57,578 nucleotides of DNA from Octopus sinensis. Lineage: Eukaryota. The translations under genes and the position numbers were made by a program. The notes beneath the pieces are model-generated. The model was not told where the DNA came from, did not search any database, and saw only the letters and a list, made by a program, of their open reading frames with translations. The stretch covers positions 1-57,578 of the forward strand of contig NW_021835049.1 in assembly GCF_006345805.1 (NCBI RefSeq). Direction: 5' to 3'. The stretch's first letter is position 1, and each line of letters starts with the position of its first letter. Of the stretch, positions 1-13,039 are shown piece by piece.

Positions 1-450
1 ATACATACACACAATATAAATATATTTACATATATGTACAACTAAAAATAAGGGTGTCTGAGAGACACCACCATGCCGAAATAGCAGTCAAAACCCTGAC
101 TTTAAAAACCACGTTAAATGCTCATATCGTACATTAAGATAAGGGAGATGGACAAAATAGACTAGCAAAAAATATTATTGAATAATTCAAGATCCAGGAT
201 TTTAAAATTATTACCTTTGTACAGTATTTTTCCCATGCTGGCCACTTGATAATATCGATATTTAAATATCGATATTATACTTATTTATAATTTATATATA
301 TATGTATATATATAATTTGAATAAAATTCTATTCACCTCATTTTGAAATTGTACGGATAATGCCCCACTAATTTTTGGTGCCTCAACTTAAGTGCCTAAT
401 TCATTTGAATCTCATATATCTTGCTTATATATCTATATTTATCCATATAC

Positions 451-602
451 ATATATATATATATATATAATATATATATATATTATATATATATATATAT
501 ATATAATATATATATATATATAAATATACATATATCTCTATATATTTAAATATATACATATTCATACATATATATATATATACCACGCATATATATATAT
601 AC

Positions 603-661
<59 letters not shown>

Positions 662-686
662 GATATATATATATATATATATATAT
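451..686. repeat. (TA)n/(TC)n compound microsatellite
   Basis: Read directly. Confidence 0.95.
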
Positions 687-2133
687 ACCCCACTAAAATA
701 TTATTTAGAAATGCAGATGTCGGTGAATGCGTAACTACAACGGTACATGATTTAATGTGTGTGTGTGTGTAAACAGTTATTCAGAAACATACATTTACAA
801 GCTTATGTTTATGAAGAAATAGAGAAATATTCAGCCCTCACTCTACATGGAGCTCCCTCTGCAGAAATAATGAAGTGAATTCAACTACTTTCACCTGGAT
901 TATTGTTAACTCATTAGGAATGTTTACTTCATTAGTTCAACAATGAGAAAAATTTATAGAAATAGTGGGAATTAGGTAAATGGAGAGCGGGGTAGAAAGA
1001 TAGAAATGAAGGAGAGGAAATCAGTAGAGAGTGAGCAGGAAATAAGTATATATATATATATGAATAGCTATACAAATGCTATAGGTAACAGGCAACAACT
1101 TATCACATTCGTTTCATTCCAAAACAATTGTGGGTGACGTGTATATCTTACGTTAAGCAGTTATCCTGTGTGTATGAATATGAATAAATTATAAAGAAAT
1201 TCACACGTCACATGTTAACTCGTAATAATATAGAGCCTGACTCTGTAACTACATCCAAGGGTTAGGAGTTCTCTACCATTTCTTATCAGTAGACCCCTTT
1301 GATTATTATTTTATTCAGATGGACTCCCATAGCTGTTTGATGCTTAAAAACTAGTTTTATAGAAACCTCTTACAAAATTCCTATTTCGTTTTTCACACAT
1401 AAACTTGTGTAGATTGAACTATGTCAAATGCTATAGAAAGAAACCGAGCTGTTTCTTGCAATATATACCAATACATATATCTAAAGCTAAATTTATTCAG
1501 GGGGCCTTAAAGTACTATTGTTGATTCCCAGTGTACTATTTTGTTGCATGGACCCCCCAACAATTCTTAAATGGACCCTCAGGGAGTCATAATTGTACAC
1601 ATATACATATATAATTAAACATGCGTATATATGCATATATATATATGTGTATTCATACATACCTTCATGCATACATACGTAGCTGTTTGCATGCTTACAT
1701 ATATACATCCATACCTCTTTGTAGAACGAAACTCGAGGAGGGAATAATACCAATTTAACAGTTGCTCTGCTTCTGTTTTAGTAATTTCTTCGTGGGCCGC
1801 CAACTAACATCAGCAGGAAATTAGCTCCACCCTCTTTCAAAAAATCGCACTCTATGGTTTAAAATTAAAATACAAGGAATTGGGTAATTTTATTTCCAAT
1901 TTCATTTTTCCCGTCTAAAATATAACGGCTACCATAGAGAGATTTTGTTTGTTTTTTTTAATAGAACTAACTTGGAACCAAGCAACGATTACAAAATCTC
2001 TCATACATCTCTTATAAACAAAACCAGCAAAGAAATCCCGGGTCAAATTCACAAGAAATTATTTAGTAAAAACACTGAGATGTGAATATAATCTACTTAG
2101 GATGTACTTGATATTTCGTGCTGAGGTATTATT

Positions 2134-2388
2134 GCGCGAACTGGCAGAAACGTTAGCACGCCGGGCAAAATGCGTAGCCGCATTTCGTCTTCCGTTACGT
2201 TCTGTGTTCAAATTCCGCTGAGGTCGACTTTGCAAATTCCGCTGAGGTCGACTTTGCCTTTCATCCTTTCGGGGTCTATTACATAAGTACCAGATACGCA
2301 CTGGGGTCGATATAATCGACTTAATCCGTTTGTCTGTCCTTGTTTGTCCTCTCTATGTTTAGCCCCTTGTGGGTAGTAAAGAAATAGG
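2134..2388 (+). mobile_element. SINE family C (gagctggcagaa head; ctttcatcctttcggggtcgat...aagtaccag domain, recalled as Meta-like), tail type 1
   Basis: Body shared with 4565, 14692 and 54292-54830. Carries a 24-bp internal tandem duplication. Confidence 0.88.
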
Positions 2389-2949
2389 TATTGTTGCGCA
2401 TGTGATAAAATAGGTATCTTCTATTTTATGATGATCTCTTTGCATAATCTCTTTCGTTGTGTAAATGTGATATCAGATATTTTAGTTACAACGGATTTTA
2501 CTGTTAAGATTCATAAAATTATGCCTAAAATACATGAAACATACATTGTGATAAAAACTACAACGCTAAATATGATATAGAACAAAAAACTTTCGTATGA
2601 AATGCTTTGCCATACACGGATTGAAGTATGAGGCAGGTAGAAAACTACTGCAAAATACCCACTGTATGTGTAGCACGATAATTAGAGGCTAACAATAGGA
2701 AATGTAGAAGAGTAGTAAAGAAACATAAAGAAAACAAAAAAGAGCTTTTTTTCTTATTTTGTTGTTTATAATAAAAAAAAATATTAAGTGCAAATTGGAT
2801 GCTAACTACACCGAATAGAAATATCTAAATAAGAATAAAAAGAAAATGGTAAAAAGAAAAACAGAAGACAAAATCAAAACGAGATTCGCAAATATATAAA
2901 AGTTAAAATGGAGAGAAATATTGCAATGCGGGCAATACACTGTAAGCAA

Positions 2950-3600
2950 GAGCGAAGCCTACAAGTTATTCAAAGCATAAAAACCCGGAACATAAGAAGA
3001 AACAGTTTTGATTTCAGTTGCACAGGACTAATGTTTAAACTCAGTTACAAAAACTAAATGAAAGGTGCTCGCGTTAAAAAAAAGCTCATATCAGGTACTT
3101 GAATTTATTAACTCTAATATGAACACAGGCATATCAGTGTTGAAAATAACATACGTTGGCATAACGAAACTTCCCAGGAAAAACCGGGGGAAATAATAAT
3201 ATGCCTTAACAACTCCCATAGAATGATAAAAAGATCATACTCTAATGTAGGCCAATTCATTTATGCATGTTTCAAGTCAAAGACGGTAAGATATGTATGT
3301 CTTTTATCAACGAACGGCAATATATCTTTGAAAAAAAATAAAAACCAGCACAAAATGAAGCTGGAATTGGAAATAAAACCGAAGTATTGGAATTACAAGG
3401 AAAATCTACACAGGCATTTTCTTTACAAGAGCATAACGAAATATTGTGATTTAAAAAGAGACGCAAACAATTTATGCAAAAAATATAAGTTCTACCAGAA
3501 GGAGAGAAACGGTAAAACAATTGGCTATGAATACAAGAACAACATTGCTGACAGAGAAAAACACATCAAAAAGATCGTAAGGAGAGAAAACTAAATCTAA
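2950..3600 (+). mobile_element. Possible degraded LINE ORF2 endonuclease-RT linker
   Basis: Purine-rich, K/R-rich ORF 3223-3594 (YWNY...CDLKRDANNLCKKYKFYQKER...EYK...IKKIVRRE) has the composition of the LINE EN-RT linker. No catalytic motif seen. Confidence 0.25.
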
Positions 3601-4439
3601 TAACATAGATATTATAGGAAAATAAAGAGATGGGGGACGATGTAAGTAATTTTACGATGTCAGAAAGAAACAGACTGATTTTTTCTTTTATTCTCGCTCT
3701 CTTTTGTTAATTGTAGTCATCTCTATTTTTTGTGAAATGTTGAAGATGCAATTATCACTCGTAGACTAAAATCTATCGTCGGATAACATAGGGTTACAGA
3801 AAAGAGTACAGCTGTAGATTGACAGAACCGGTAAGATGATCAGAAAAATTAATTTGTGTCAAGTAGTTGCCTTTCGTATTTCCAGACTCCGTTCTGAAGC
3901 TCAATATAATCCGTTATATCTTTTCCATTAAATCCATTTTCCATAGTAAAATCGTTAGTTATGTCAGACAAAATGCCTTGGTAGTATTTAATTGCTCCAC
4001 CCTACGTTCTTAGTTCTAATCCTGCCGAGGTCCACTTTTGACAACCATTCCTACAGGGTCCATATTTACGTGACACCTTGGGCAAGTGTCCTCTACTCTA
4101 GCCACGGGTCTCATCCTCACCACGCATTTAGTATCCCTGCCAATTTTCAGCTCGATCCATTAACCGTCAAAGAAAAGTGTGCATACAATTTTCGTCCAAG
4201 GACTGTTTTACAGATATAGATAGATTATGTTTGAACTATGAAGGGGTGAATAAAACATTTAGAAACCCAGATAAGCCCTCTGAAAGTTAAGAGAATGGAG
4301 AAAGCTTGAAATTAATATTGAAAGATCAAATACCGAAATAAGTGGCACATGTGAAATGTGAAATTATCTAAAAGTAAAAGCAAAATTGAATCAATACATT
4401 CAATCGTTTGTAACCTAACGATTGCAAATTTTGTTCGAA

Positions 4440-4775
4440 AGGATGGAAAGCAAAGCTGGCCTCGTCGGAATTTGAACTCAAGGCGTAAAGACGGACGAAA
4501 TGCTGCTAATAAATTTGATCAGCCTGCTAAATTATTCTGCCGATTCGCCACCACTTTTAATAATAAAGGTTTCAAATTTTGGCACAAGGCCAGCAGCAAG
4601 TTCGGATAAAAAAAAGTACGTCGATTTACATCGATCTCAGTGCTTAACTGGTACTTATTTTATCGACCCCGTAGGAATGAAAGGAGACGTCTACCTCGGC
4701 GGAATTTGAACTCAGAACGTAAAGACGGACGAAATGCCAGTAATCATTTTGCCCGACGTGCTAACGCCTTACTCA
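4440..4775 (-). mobile_element. SINE family C, one head fragment (4440-4530) plus one copy (4565-4775)
   Basis: ggaatttgaactca...gtaaagacggacgaaatgc occurs twice. Tail ggtttcaaattttggcacaaggccagc. Confidence 0.82.
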
Positions 4776-5454
4776 ATCATAATAACAATGATGCTGATGA
4801 TGGTGATGTTGATGATGACGATGATGATGATGATGATGATGAAGAACAAGAGTTAACTTACTCTGTGATTGATGTCTCGTATCTCGCTTATTGCAATATA
4901 TCAACCTAATAAAGGGCGGGGGGAGGGGGAATAAAATAAAAGAAGAGAAAAAGAGAAAAAATATACATTTGATGCACTATGACTTCGAGTTACGTAAGCA
5001 GCTCAGAACATAGGATAATGGTTATATAAATACAGTAGGATCGGTGAGAATGATTGAATAGTTTTTATCGTATTTCATTCCATTTATTTGTTTATTTCAT
5101 TCCATTTATTTATTTATTGATTTGTTTGTTTGTTTGTTTATTTACAAACTAGTACAATAACCACTCGTCGGATATACTTCATTGCTTATGGATACCGCCT
5201 CAGTGATATCGCCTGAGAAAATGAAATTCAGGGTAACGTACCTTTACCGTATCATATACTTCAAGAAGAATCTTCCTGACAGAAAATAGCACACTTGAGG
5301 GTATTAACTATATTTGTTAGAATATTTTGTATGTCTATTAAGAGAAAAAAAAAACACTACAAGAATAAGTACAAACCAATTGACTAACATCAAATAAAAT
5401 ATAAGACAACCTTTTGCAAGTTAGTATAACTTATGCGACGCTGACTCAGCACGC

Positions 5455-5483
5455 AAGCATACATACATACAAACAAACATACA

Positions 5484-5515
<32 letters not shown>

Positions 5516-5640
5516 CATACATACATACATACATACATACATACATACATGCATGCATACATGCGTACATGCGTACATACATACATACTACGTGGATATA
5601 TGCACACATCCATAAAAGCAGGCATTATATCATACATATA
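5455..5640. repeat. (CATA)n
   Basis: Read directly. Confidence 0.95.
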
Positions 5641-5643
5641 TAC

Positions 5644-6047
5644 GGAGTAGCTGTGTGGTAAGTAATTTGCTTACCAACCACATGGTTCCGGGTTCATTCC
5701 CACTGCGTGGCACCTTGGGCGAGTGTCTTCTACTATAGCCTCGGGCCGACCAAAGCCTTGTGAGTGGATTAGGTAGACGGAAACTGGAAGGAGCCCGTCG
5801 TATATATGTATATATATGTATGTGTGTATATGTTTGTGTGTCTGTGTTTGTCCCCCCACCATTGCTTGACAACCGATGCTGGCGTGTTTAAGTCCCCGTA
5901 ACTTAGCCGTTCAGCAAAAGAGACTGATAGAATAAGTACTAGGCTTACAAATAATAAGTCCTGGGGTCGATTTACTCGACTAGAAGGCGGTGCTCCAGCA
6001 TGGCCGCAGTCAAATGACTGAAACAAGTAAAAGAGAGTTAAAGAGAG
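5644..6047 (+). mobile_element. SINE family A (tRNA-like head, CORE-like ggcaccttgggcaagtgtc body, internal TA/TG spacer, taaaaga-type tail), full length
   Basis: Highly similar to copies at 11837, 16242, 34791 and 55492. A/B-box-like head tagctgtgtggtaag...ggttcattccc. Confidence 0.92.
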
Positions 6048-6244
6048 ATACGTATAGATATATATATATATATTTATATATTTACATGTATATATACTAG
6101 CAACCAAATACATAAACACCTGTGCACACAAAAGCCCGCATACACAAACAGACATACAGTATATAATCCGTGGAGCTTCAAGTGGATACTCAAGGGTATG
6201 ATTACACATACCTGACCACCATAATATACACACACATTTAAACA

Positions 6245-6342
6245 TATACAAACACATACATGTGTATATATGTGTGTGTGCATCTGTGTGTGTGCGTGTG
6301 TGTGCGTGTGTGTATATATATATAAATATAGGCAGATAGATG

Positions 6343-6391
<49 letters not shown>

Positions 6392-6727
6392 GTATGTAGG
6401 TAGGTAGGTAGGTAAGTAGGTAGGTAGGTAGGTACGTACGTACGTACGTAGGAAGGTAGGTAGGTAGGTAGGTAGGTAGATATACACACACACGCACACG
6501 GCGTTTCAATTTATTAACGTGTCTCAGCGATGGTGGGAGTTTAACATGATTAGCATAAGTCTTGGAATCTATGTAGCTTACCTGTCGAGTGGATACGATC
6601 ATACCTATATCTATATCTATCTATTTATCTATCTATCTAACCCTCTATATATATGTATGTATATATATATATATATATACATACATACATACATACATAC
6701 ATGCATACATATACATACATACATACA

Positions 6728-6763
<36 letters not shown>

Positions 6764-6786
6764 CGCACCACTACGTATATATGTCT

Positions 6787-6834
<48 letters not shown>

Positions 6835-6929
6835 AGAAGAAATGAGGTGCTCAGAAGATCGGATGGTTTATATTTACAGATATTTATTATATATTACATT
6901 TTTTACATATATATCATATCACTTAGATC

Positions 6930-6973
<44 letters not shown>

Positions 6974-7000
6974 ATATATTAATTAATAATAATTATTATT
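6245..7000. repeat. Compound (TG)/(GATA)/(GGTA)/(CATA)/(TA) microsatellites
   Basis: Read directly. A short unique segment lies at 6500-6600. Confidence 0.9.
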
Positions 7001-8129
7001 AATATCAGGAAATCAATATTAGAAAATTCTTTAGAAAAATACATACGCGTGTAAAAAATGTTGTTATATTAAAAATATAAATATTTATAAAAATATATGT
7101 AAATATGAATAAGTATAAATATATAATGTATATGACAGTTTAAAAGTTTTGAATTAAGTATTTAAAGCATCTTACGCTCGTTTCACAGAAGTGTTGTCCC
7201 TATAATGATATCCTATATTGATAAGCATTTATAGACAACTCTTCTGCTCTTCAGAGATATAAAATTTGAATTTTGTATAACATATCGAATGGTAGTTTTT
7301 TTAAAATTTGAAGTAATACTATAAAATAGTGTTTGTTTTTGAAATATAAGTTAAAAATTAAAATTTACTGTTTTTGATGAGTCTTTAAAACCATATATAC
7401 TTCTTTGGTTAGTCTTCTATATGTGTGTTGTGTGTGCATGTATATATGAGTGTGTGCATTTGTGTTTGTGTGCGCACGTAGTTGTATGCGTATATATTGT
7501 AGAAAATATATGCTTTGTAAAATATGCTTCAAAAATAGAACTCAGTAGATGAATATATACATATTTTTGTATTTTTATTTGTCAGAAACTTAAAAAATTG
7601 TGTGTGCGAGTGCATGTGCACTCGTGTGTGTGTATGCACACATACACATATTTATTTATTTATTTAACTTTTATAAAAAATTATGTACATATATACAATG
7701 ATTCATACACAGAGATATGTAAGTATATTTACTATTTTATCGAGCAATTTTCCCAGAAGCCTCAACTAAAGAATCTAAAAACGTAAACACCTTCCCATAC
7801 ATTCTATTCGCACAACTTAACTGCACATGCACAAAACGACATACATAAACAGAAAGACATAAATTTGCATATATCTTGTGTACGCGTGTGCATCACACAT
7901 TGAGCGCATATCGCATGTGTATCTCCAAACACAAAGTGCATATATTAACGGTACGATAGCGTTACTGCTGAAGCCTCGGAAGGAATAAATTGTAGGCTCT
8001 CACCTTTGGCACGTTAAAATGTAAATGAGTAAAGTGGAGGGCAAATATGGTAAAGCTAATCCACAACCATTAAATGTGTATGTGTTGGTGTAAGCGGGTA
8101 TGGTATGTATGTGTGTATGTATTTATGCG

Positions 8130-8265
8130 GATGCACACACACACACACACACACATACATACACACACATACACAAATATAAAAGTACACATAGTGTATA
8201 TATATGTACGTGTGTGTGTGTGTATATACATGTTTCTACCTTTCTCTCTCAGTCATTCTGTCTAT

Positions 8266-8308
<43 letters not shown>

Positions 8309-8309
8309 A

Positions 8310-8349
<40 letters not shown>

Positions 8350-8354
8350 GTCTG

Positions 8355-8392
<38 letters not shown>

Positions 8393-8493
8393 ATCTATCT
8401 ATATATATATATATATATTATATATAGAGAGAGATAGATAGAGAGAGAGAGAGAGAGAGATACATATATATATTAATATATATATATATATAG

Positions 8494-8524
<31 letters not shown>

Positions 8525-8840
8525 ATATACGTAATCTATATATACATATATATGCATATATATATACATATACATATATATATACATATATATATAGAGA
8601 TATATGTATATATAAAATTTGTATATATATATGTATATATATATATACATACTTATATACATACACACATATATGTACATGTACATATATGTATGCACAT
8701 ACATACATACATACACACATACATACATACATACATACATACATACACACATACATACATACATACATACATACATACATACATACATACATACATACAT
8801 ACATACATACATACATGCATACATATATATATATGTGTAT
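8130..8840. repeat. Compound (CA)/(TCTA)/(GA)/(TA)/(CATA) microsatellites
   Basis: Read directly. Confidence 0.95.
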
Positions 8841-9049
8841 GTCTATGCATATTCTTAATGGTGTTGTACGCGATGAGTTTTGGGTGGGGTCTGGGGACAA
8901 TTTTCAGTTTTAAAATATTCCCCGGACCTTCCGCTCTTTGAGTGGACCTCGTTAATAATGGTTGGCACTGTGACCGGAAATAGCTTTATCGATTCCAAGA
9001 TCATTGGAAACCTGGCAGTGTAAAAGCGTGGGTAAGGGTGTAATGGTTG

Positions 9050-9224
9050 GGATGGTGGTGTTGGTTGAGGCAGTTTAGGTGATAGTATTAGTGGTATGTA
9101 GTTTTACTGATGGTTTGCACATCAGTGCTTGTAACGGTGGTAGTGTGTGGTGGTGGTGGTGGTGGTTGCTGCAGTCTTATTGACTGTGGTGGTGGCGCTG
9201 GTGTTGGCGGCGAAGGAATTAGTT

Positions 9225-9262
<38 letters not shown>

Positions 9263-9560
9263 CGTAGTAGTAGTAGTAGTTGTAGAAGTAGTAATAGTAG
9301 TTGTAGTAGTAGATGTTGCTGCTAATATTATTGGTGTTGTCGTCGTGGTGGTGGTGGTGCTTGTAGTGGCAGTGGTATTGGTGGTGATCGTGTTGGTTGT
9401 TAGTGGTAGAGATATTGTGGAAGTGGTAGTAGCGTTGTTGTTGATGGTGGTGATGGTGGTGGTGGTAGTGGTGGTATTGGTGTGGTATGGGTAGTAGTGT
9501 TTGTGGTCGTAATGGGTGATGATGGCATTATATTTGGTGGTATTGGTGGTGTCAGTGGTC
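9050..9560. repeat. Degenerate (GTA/GTG)n trinucleotide tract
   Basis: Read directly. Source of the poly-V and poly-T ORFs. Confidence 0.9.
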
Positions 9561-9841
9561 AGTGTGAAATGGTCAGTAGCAAAGTATACGAGCACGTTAT
9601 ATACGAGAGCTTATAAACGTGTGTTTGTGTATGTGTGTATGTGTGTGTGTGTAGTGAGTAAGAGTGCACTAGATTTGGGGAGGAAATTTACGGTGCCACG
9701 CAACAAAGTTGAAGTTTTAAATTAGGTCCGGTTCGATTCTTTTAGCATTTTCATTCCTCTGACTTCTCTCACTGACGTACTCATTCTCTCTTTTTCTTTA
9801 TTTCTTTCTCTCTCTCTCTCTCTCTCTCTCTCGCTTTCTCT

Positions 9842-9873
<32 letters not shown>

Positions 9874-9874
9874 C

Positions 9875-9905
<31 letters not shown>

Positions 9906-10124
9906 TATGTATGTATATATGTATATATGTGTGTGCGTGTGTGTACATATATACATAAAATAAAAATGTATGCATATGTGTGTATATGAATGTGTATATA
10001 CATGTGTGTACACTATGGCGGTGTTCCAGCATAGCCACAGGGAAAAGACTGAAACAAGTAAAAGAATAAAAGAATATACATACACAAATTATATGTATAT
10101 ACATATTTATACATACACCCACAC

Positions 10125-10209
<85 letters not shown>

Positions 10210-10614
10210 AAATCTTTTTTCATATGCATGCACGTATATGTGCGTGCACGTTATGTACCGAAACAGATGGAGAACAATTCGAAGACAAGTCCAACACCCT
10301 AACCATTAATACAGATTAAGACTTAATCTGTATTAATGGTTAGGGTGTTGGACTTATAGGGCACATTCTAATGAAATTACCCTCTCCTTTATTATATATA
10401 CATACATTCAAACGTTGCAGGTAACAGCTAACCATTGTCGCGATTTTGACCCTCTTGTGTCCACCACTCTGATTGGTTGGTATTGGCGCAATTTGTCTCT
10501 GACTCTGTGCTAATATGCAACCAATCAGATAGGTCGACACAACGGCGTCCAAATAGCCTCCAAAGGTTAGCTGTTATTTGCTACGTTCGAATGTGTGTAT
10601 ATATAATAAATTCA

Positions 10615-10830
10615 CTAGAGTGTACGCTACAGACTCATGATCGTAAGATTGTGGTATTGAATCCTGGATCGAGCGACGCGTGGTGTTCTTGAGCAAAACA
10701 CACGTTTCACGTTGTTCCACTCCACCAGCTGTTAAAAATAAGTAACCCTGCAACGGACCGGCGTTCCATCTAGTGAGAAACACAAATGCCTGAGGAATCG
10801 GGAAACCAGCCTTATGCTCCTTATAGAGTA
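10615..10830 (+). mobile_element. SINE family D (CORE-like gtgt.cttgagcaa.aca body) with V-like tail
   Basis: gtgttcttgagcaaaacacacgtttcacgttgttcc...ccctgcaacggaccggcg. Confidence 0.7.
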
Positions 10831-11281
10831 ATGTGGACCAACGCACTACTTACAGATGATGGCCCTTCTTAGGTCATTGCTTGTAAATAGCAGAAACGAT
10901 AAAGTATCAATTACAATTCATTGCGATAATTTTAGTTACAGGCCTTCATGTTTCCTTTTCGAGTATTCATCCCCATGTTCCCGTGTCGTCGACAATAAGT
11001 ACCAGTTATATACTGGAGTTGATGTAATTATTTCTCCACACGTATTTTCTTAATCTCTAGTGTTTCATTATTTTAACTGTTCTATACTGTATAGCACATG
11101 GGTCTACTACGCCAACAATCTCAGATTCTTGGGATTTTTTTTAGCATATTGGATGAGACGAGGTTGCTAGAGCTTTCCTTGAATCTTCTCCATTATTTGA
11201 GAGCAAGAGATTATGCGAGTAGTTGTCCATGATCTTATCAAATAAGGTGTGTCAATGTGTTTGTGTGTGCATCTGTGTGTC

Positions 11282-11322
<41 letters not shown>

Positions 11323-11764
11323 TTTATATGTTTTTTTACAATAAAAACAATAAAAAAATTTTACCTTAATTTAGCGGGTTACTCTATACTTTTGTAGGAT
11401 ACAAATTTATTATTACGGAGATGTACTTGCATAGCAAGTGATCTGACCTGAAATCGTGTGCTGGAACGAAAACAATTGCAGCGTGGAAGGTGTTTATAAG
11501 TTTTTATAAGTGTTTATAAGCCATTTAAAAATACACAAAAACTGTTAGATTCACTTCAACATTTAAATTTGTCAAAATAGTTTCGTTGGTTTGTGTCCGC
11601 GACCTGTTCAATGACAAAATTCCGTGCTGCCTCATTTATTATTCTTAAACAAGAATGTTATTGACAGTGACCTTCTATATTTCGGCCAGGTAAGACATCG
11701 TTGGACGTTGGTTTAGCTGACGGAAACTTCGAAGTTACTTTTAACAACATTCTTATTTTAAAAT

Positions 11765-11817
<53 letters not shown>

Positions 11818-11836
11818 TGTGTGAGTCTGTGTGTGT

Positions 11837-12231
11837 GTGTGGTAAGTAGCTTGCTAACGAACCACATGGTTCCGGATTCAGTCCCACTGCGTGGCATCTT
11901 GGGCAAATGTCTTCTGCTATAGCCTCGGGCCGACCAATGCCTTGTGAGTGGATTTGGTAGACGGAAACTGAAAGAAGCCTGTCGTGTATATGTATATATA
12001 TATGTGTGTGTGTATGTGTTTGTGAGTCTGTGTTTGTCCCCCTAGCATTGCTTGACAACCGATGCTGGTGTGTTTACGTCCCCGTCACTTAGCGGTTCGG
12101 CAAAAGAAACCGATAGAATAAGTACTGGGCTTACAAAGAATAAGTCCCGGGGTCGATTTGCTCGACTAGAGGCGGTGCTCCAGCATGGCCACAGTCAAAT
12201 GACTGAAACAAGTAAAAGAGAGTAAAAAGAG
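11837..12231 (+). mobile_element. SINE family A, near full length
   Basis: Colinear with 5644-6047. Confidence 0.92.
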
Positions 12232-12784
12232 TATATGTGTGTGTGTGTGTATGCAGGTATTAATTTTCGAACAGTTCTCTATTCACCATCAAAAGTCTTA
12301 TTCTTTAATGAACATAACTTTATATTGACTTCGAAAGAAACATCTTTATTTCTAAACTAAGTGTAATAACCATAATTCTTTTTAGGCAAAACAGCAATTG
12401 TCAGCACAGTTATATATATTGTATATGTATACACTCTAAACAGGTTAATAGTCACGAAAATTTATGCTACTGAAAAGAAAACATCTCAGATGTTACAATA
12501 TTTATTTATATCAAAATATATTGATGGCCAAGATGTTAGAAAAGAACCTTATAAATGCTGGATTCATAGCTTCTGAAGTACCATGTGTAATCGTCAAGGA
12601 GATTGATTTCGCTTTTGACATCCCCATCTAAATATTGTTGCAGAATTTTCACACATACACACGAATATACGTACAACATACATTTAGGTGGAGATGCAAA
12701 TACGTTCAAAAAATCAAATTGAAAGAAAACTAGGGGAAATAACATGGCGATCAAAATTATTATGAAATGAAATAAGTTAATTGT

Positions 12785-12818
12785 TATGACGTTTCGGATA
12801 TAGTCCTTCATCATGATA
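12785..12818 (-). ncRNA. Minimal type-I hammerhead-like motif
   Basis: UAU-CAUGAUGA-A-GGA-cuaua-UCC-GAAAC-GUC-AUA: perfect 3-bp stem II, GUC triplet, one extra A in the CUGAUGA box. Confidence 0.5.
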
Positions 12819-13039
12819 GGGTCTAGTGTAGTATACTGCAAGAAAGACGAGGAGAAGACCGATAAAGTATTAAAGTGAGCGCTAGGGCATCGATGTGTAT
12901 GAATGCATGTGTGTGTGCGTGTGTATCTAGATACGTATAACTATGTATGATTGTGTATGCGTATAAACGTGTGTGTGTGCGTATGAATGTTTTGTGTGTG
13001 TGAGTGTGTATGTGTGTGTGTATTGATATCAGGAGATAA

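Noticed and set aside
1750-1795. HEEITKTEAEQLL resembles the SH2 alphaA helix
   Set aside because: No preceding W and no FLVRES motif downstream, so likely coincidence.
8930-9017. Minus-strand exon candidate FPMILESIKLFPVTVPTIINEVHSKSG
   Set aside because: Acceptable acceptor but only a weak GTCCGG donor, and no recognisable homology.
10337-10347. Telomere-like TTAGGG inside the perfect palindrome
   Set aside because: A single unit, not a telomeric array.
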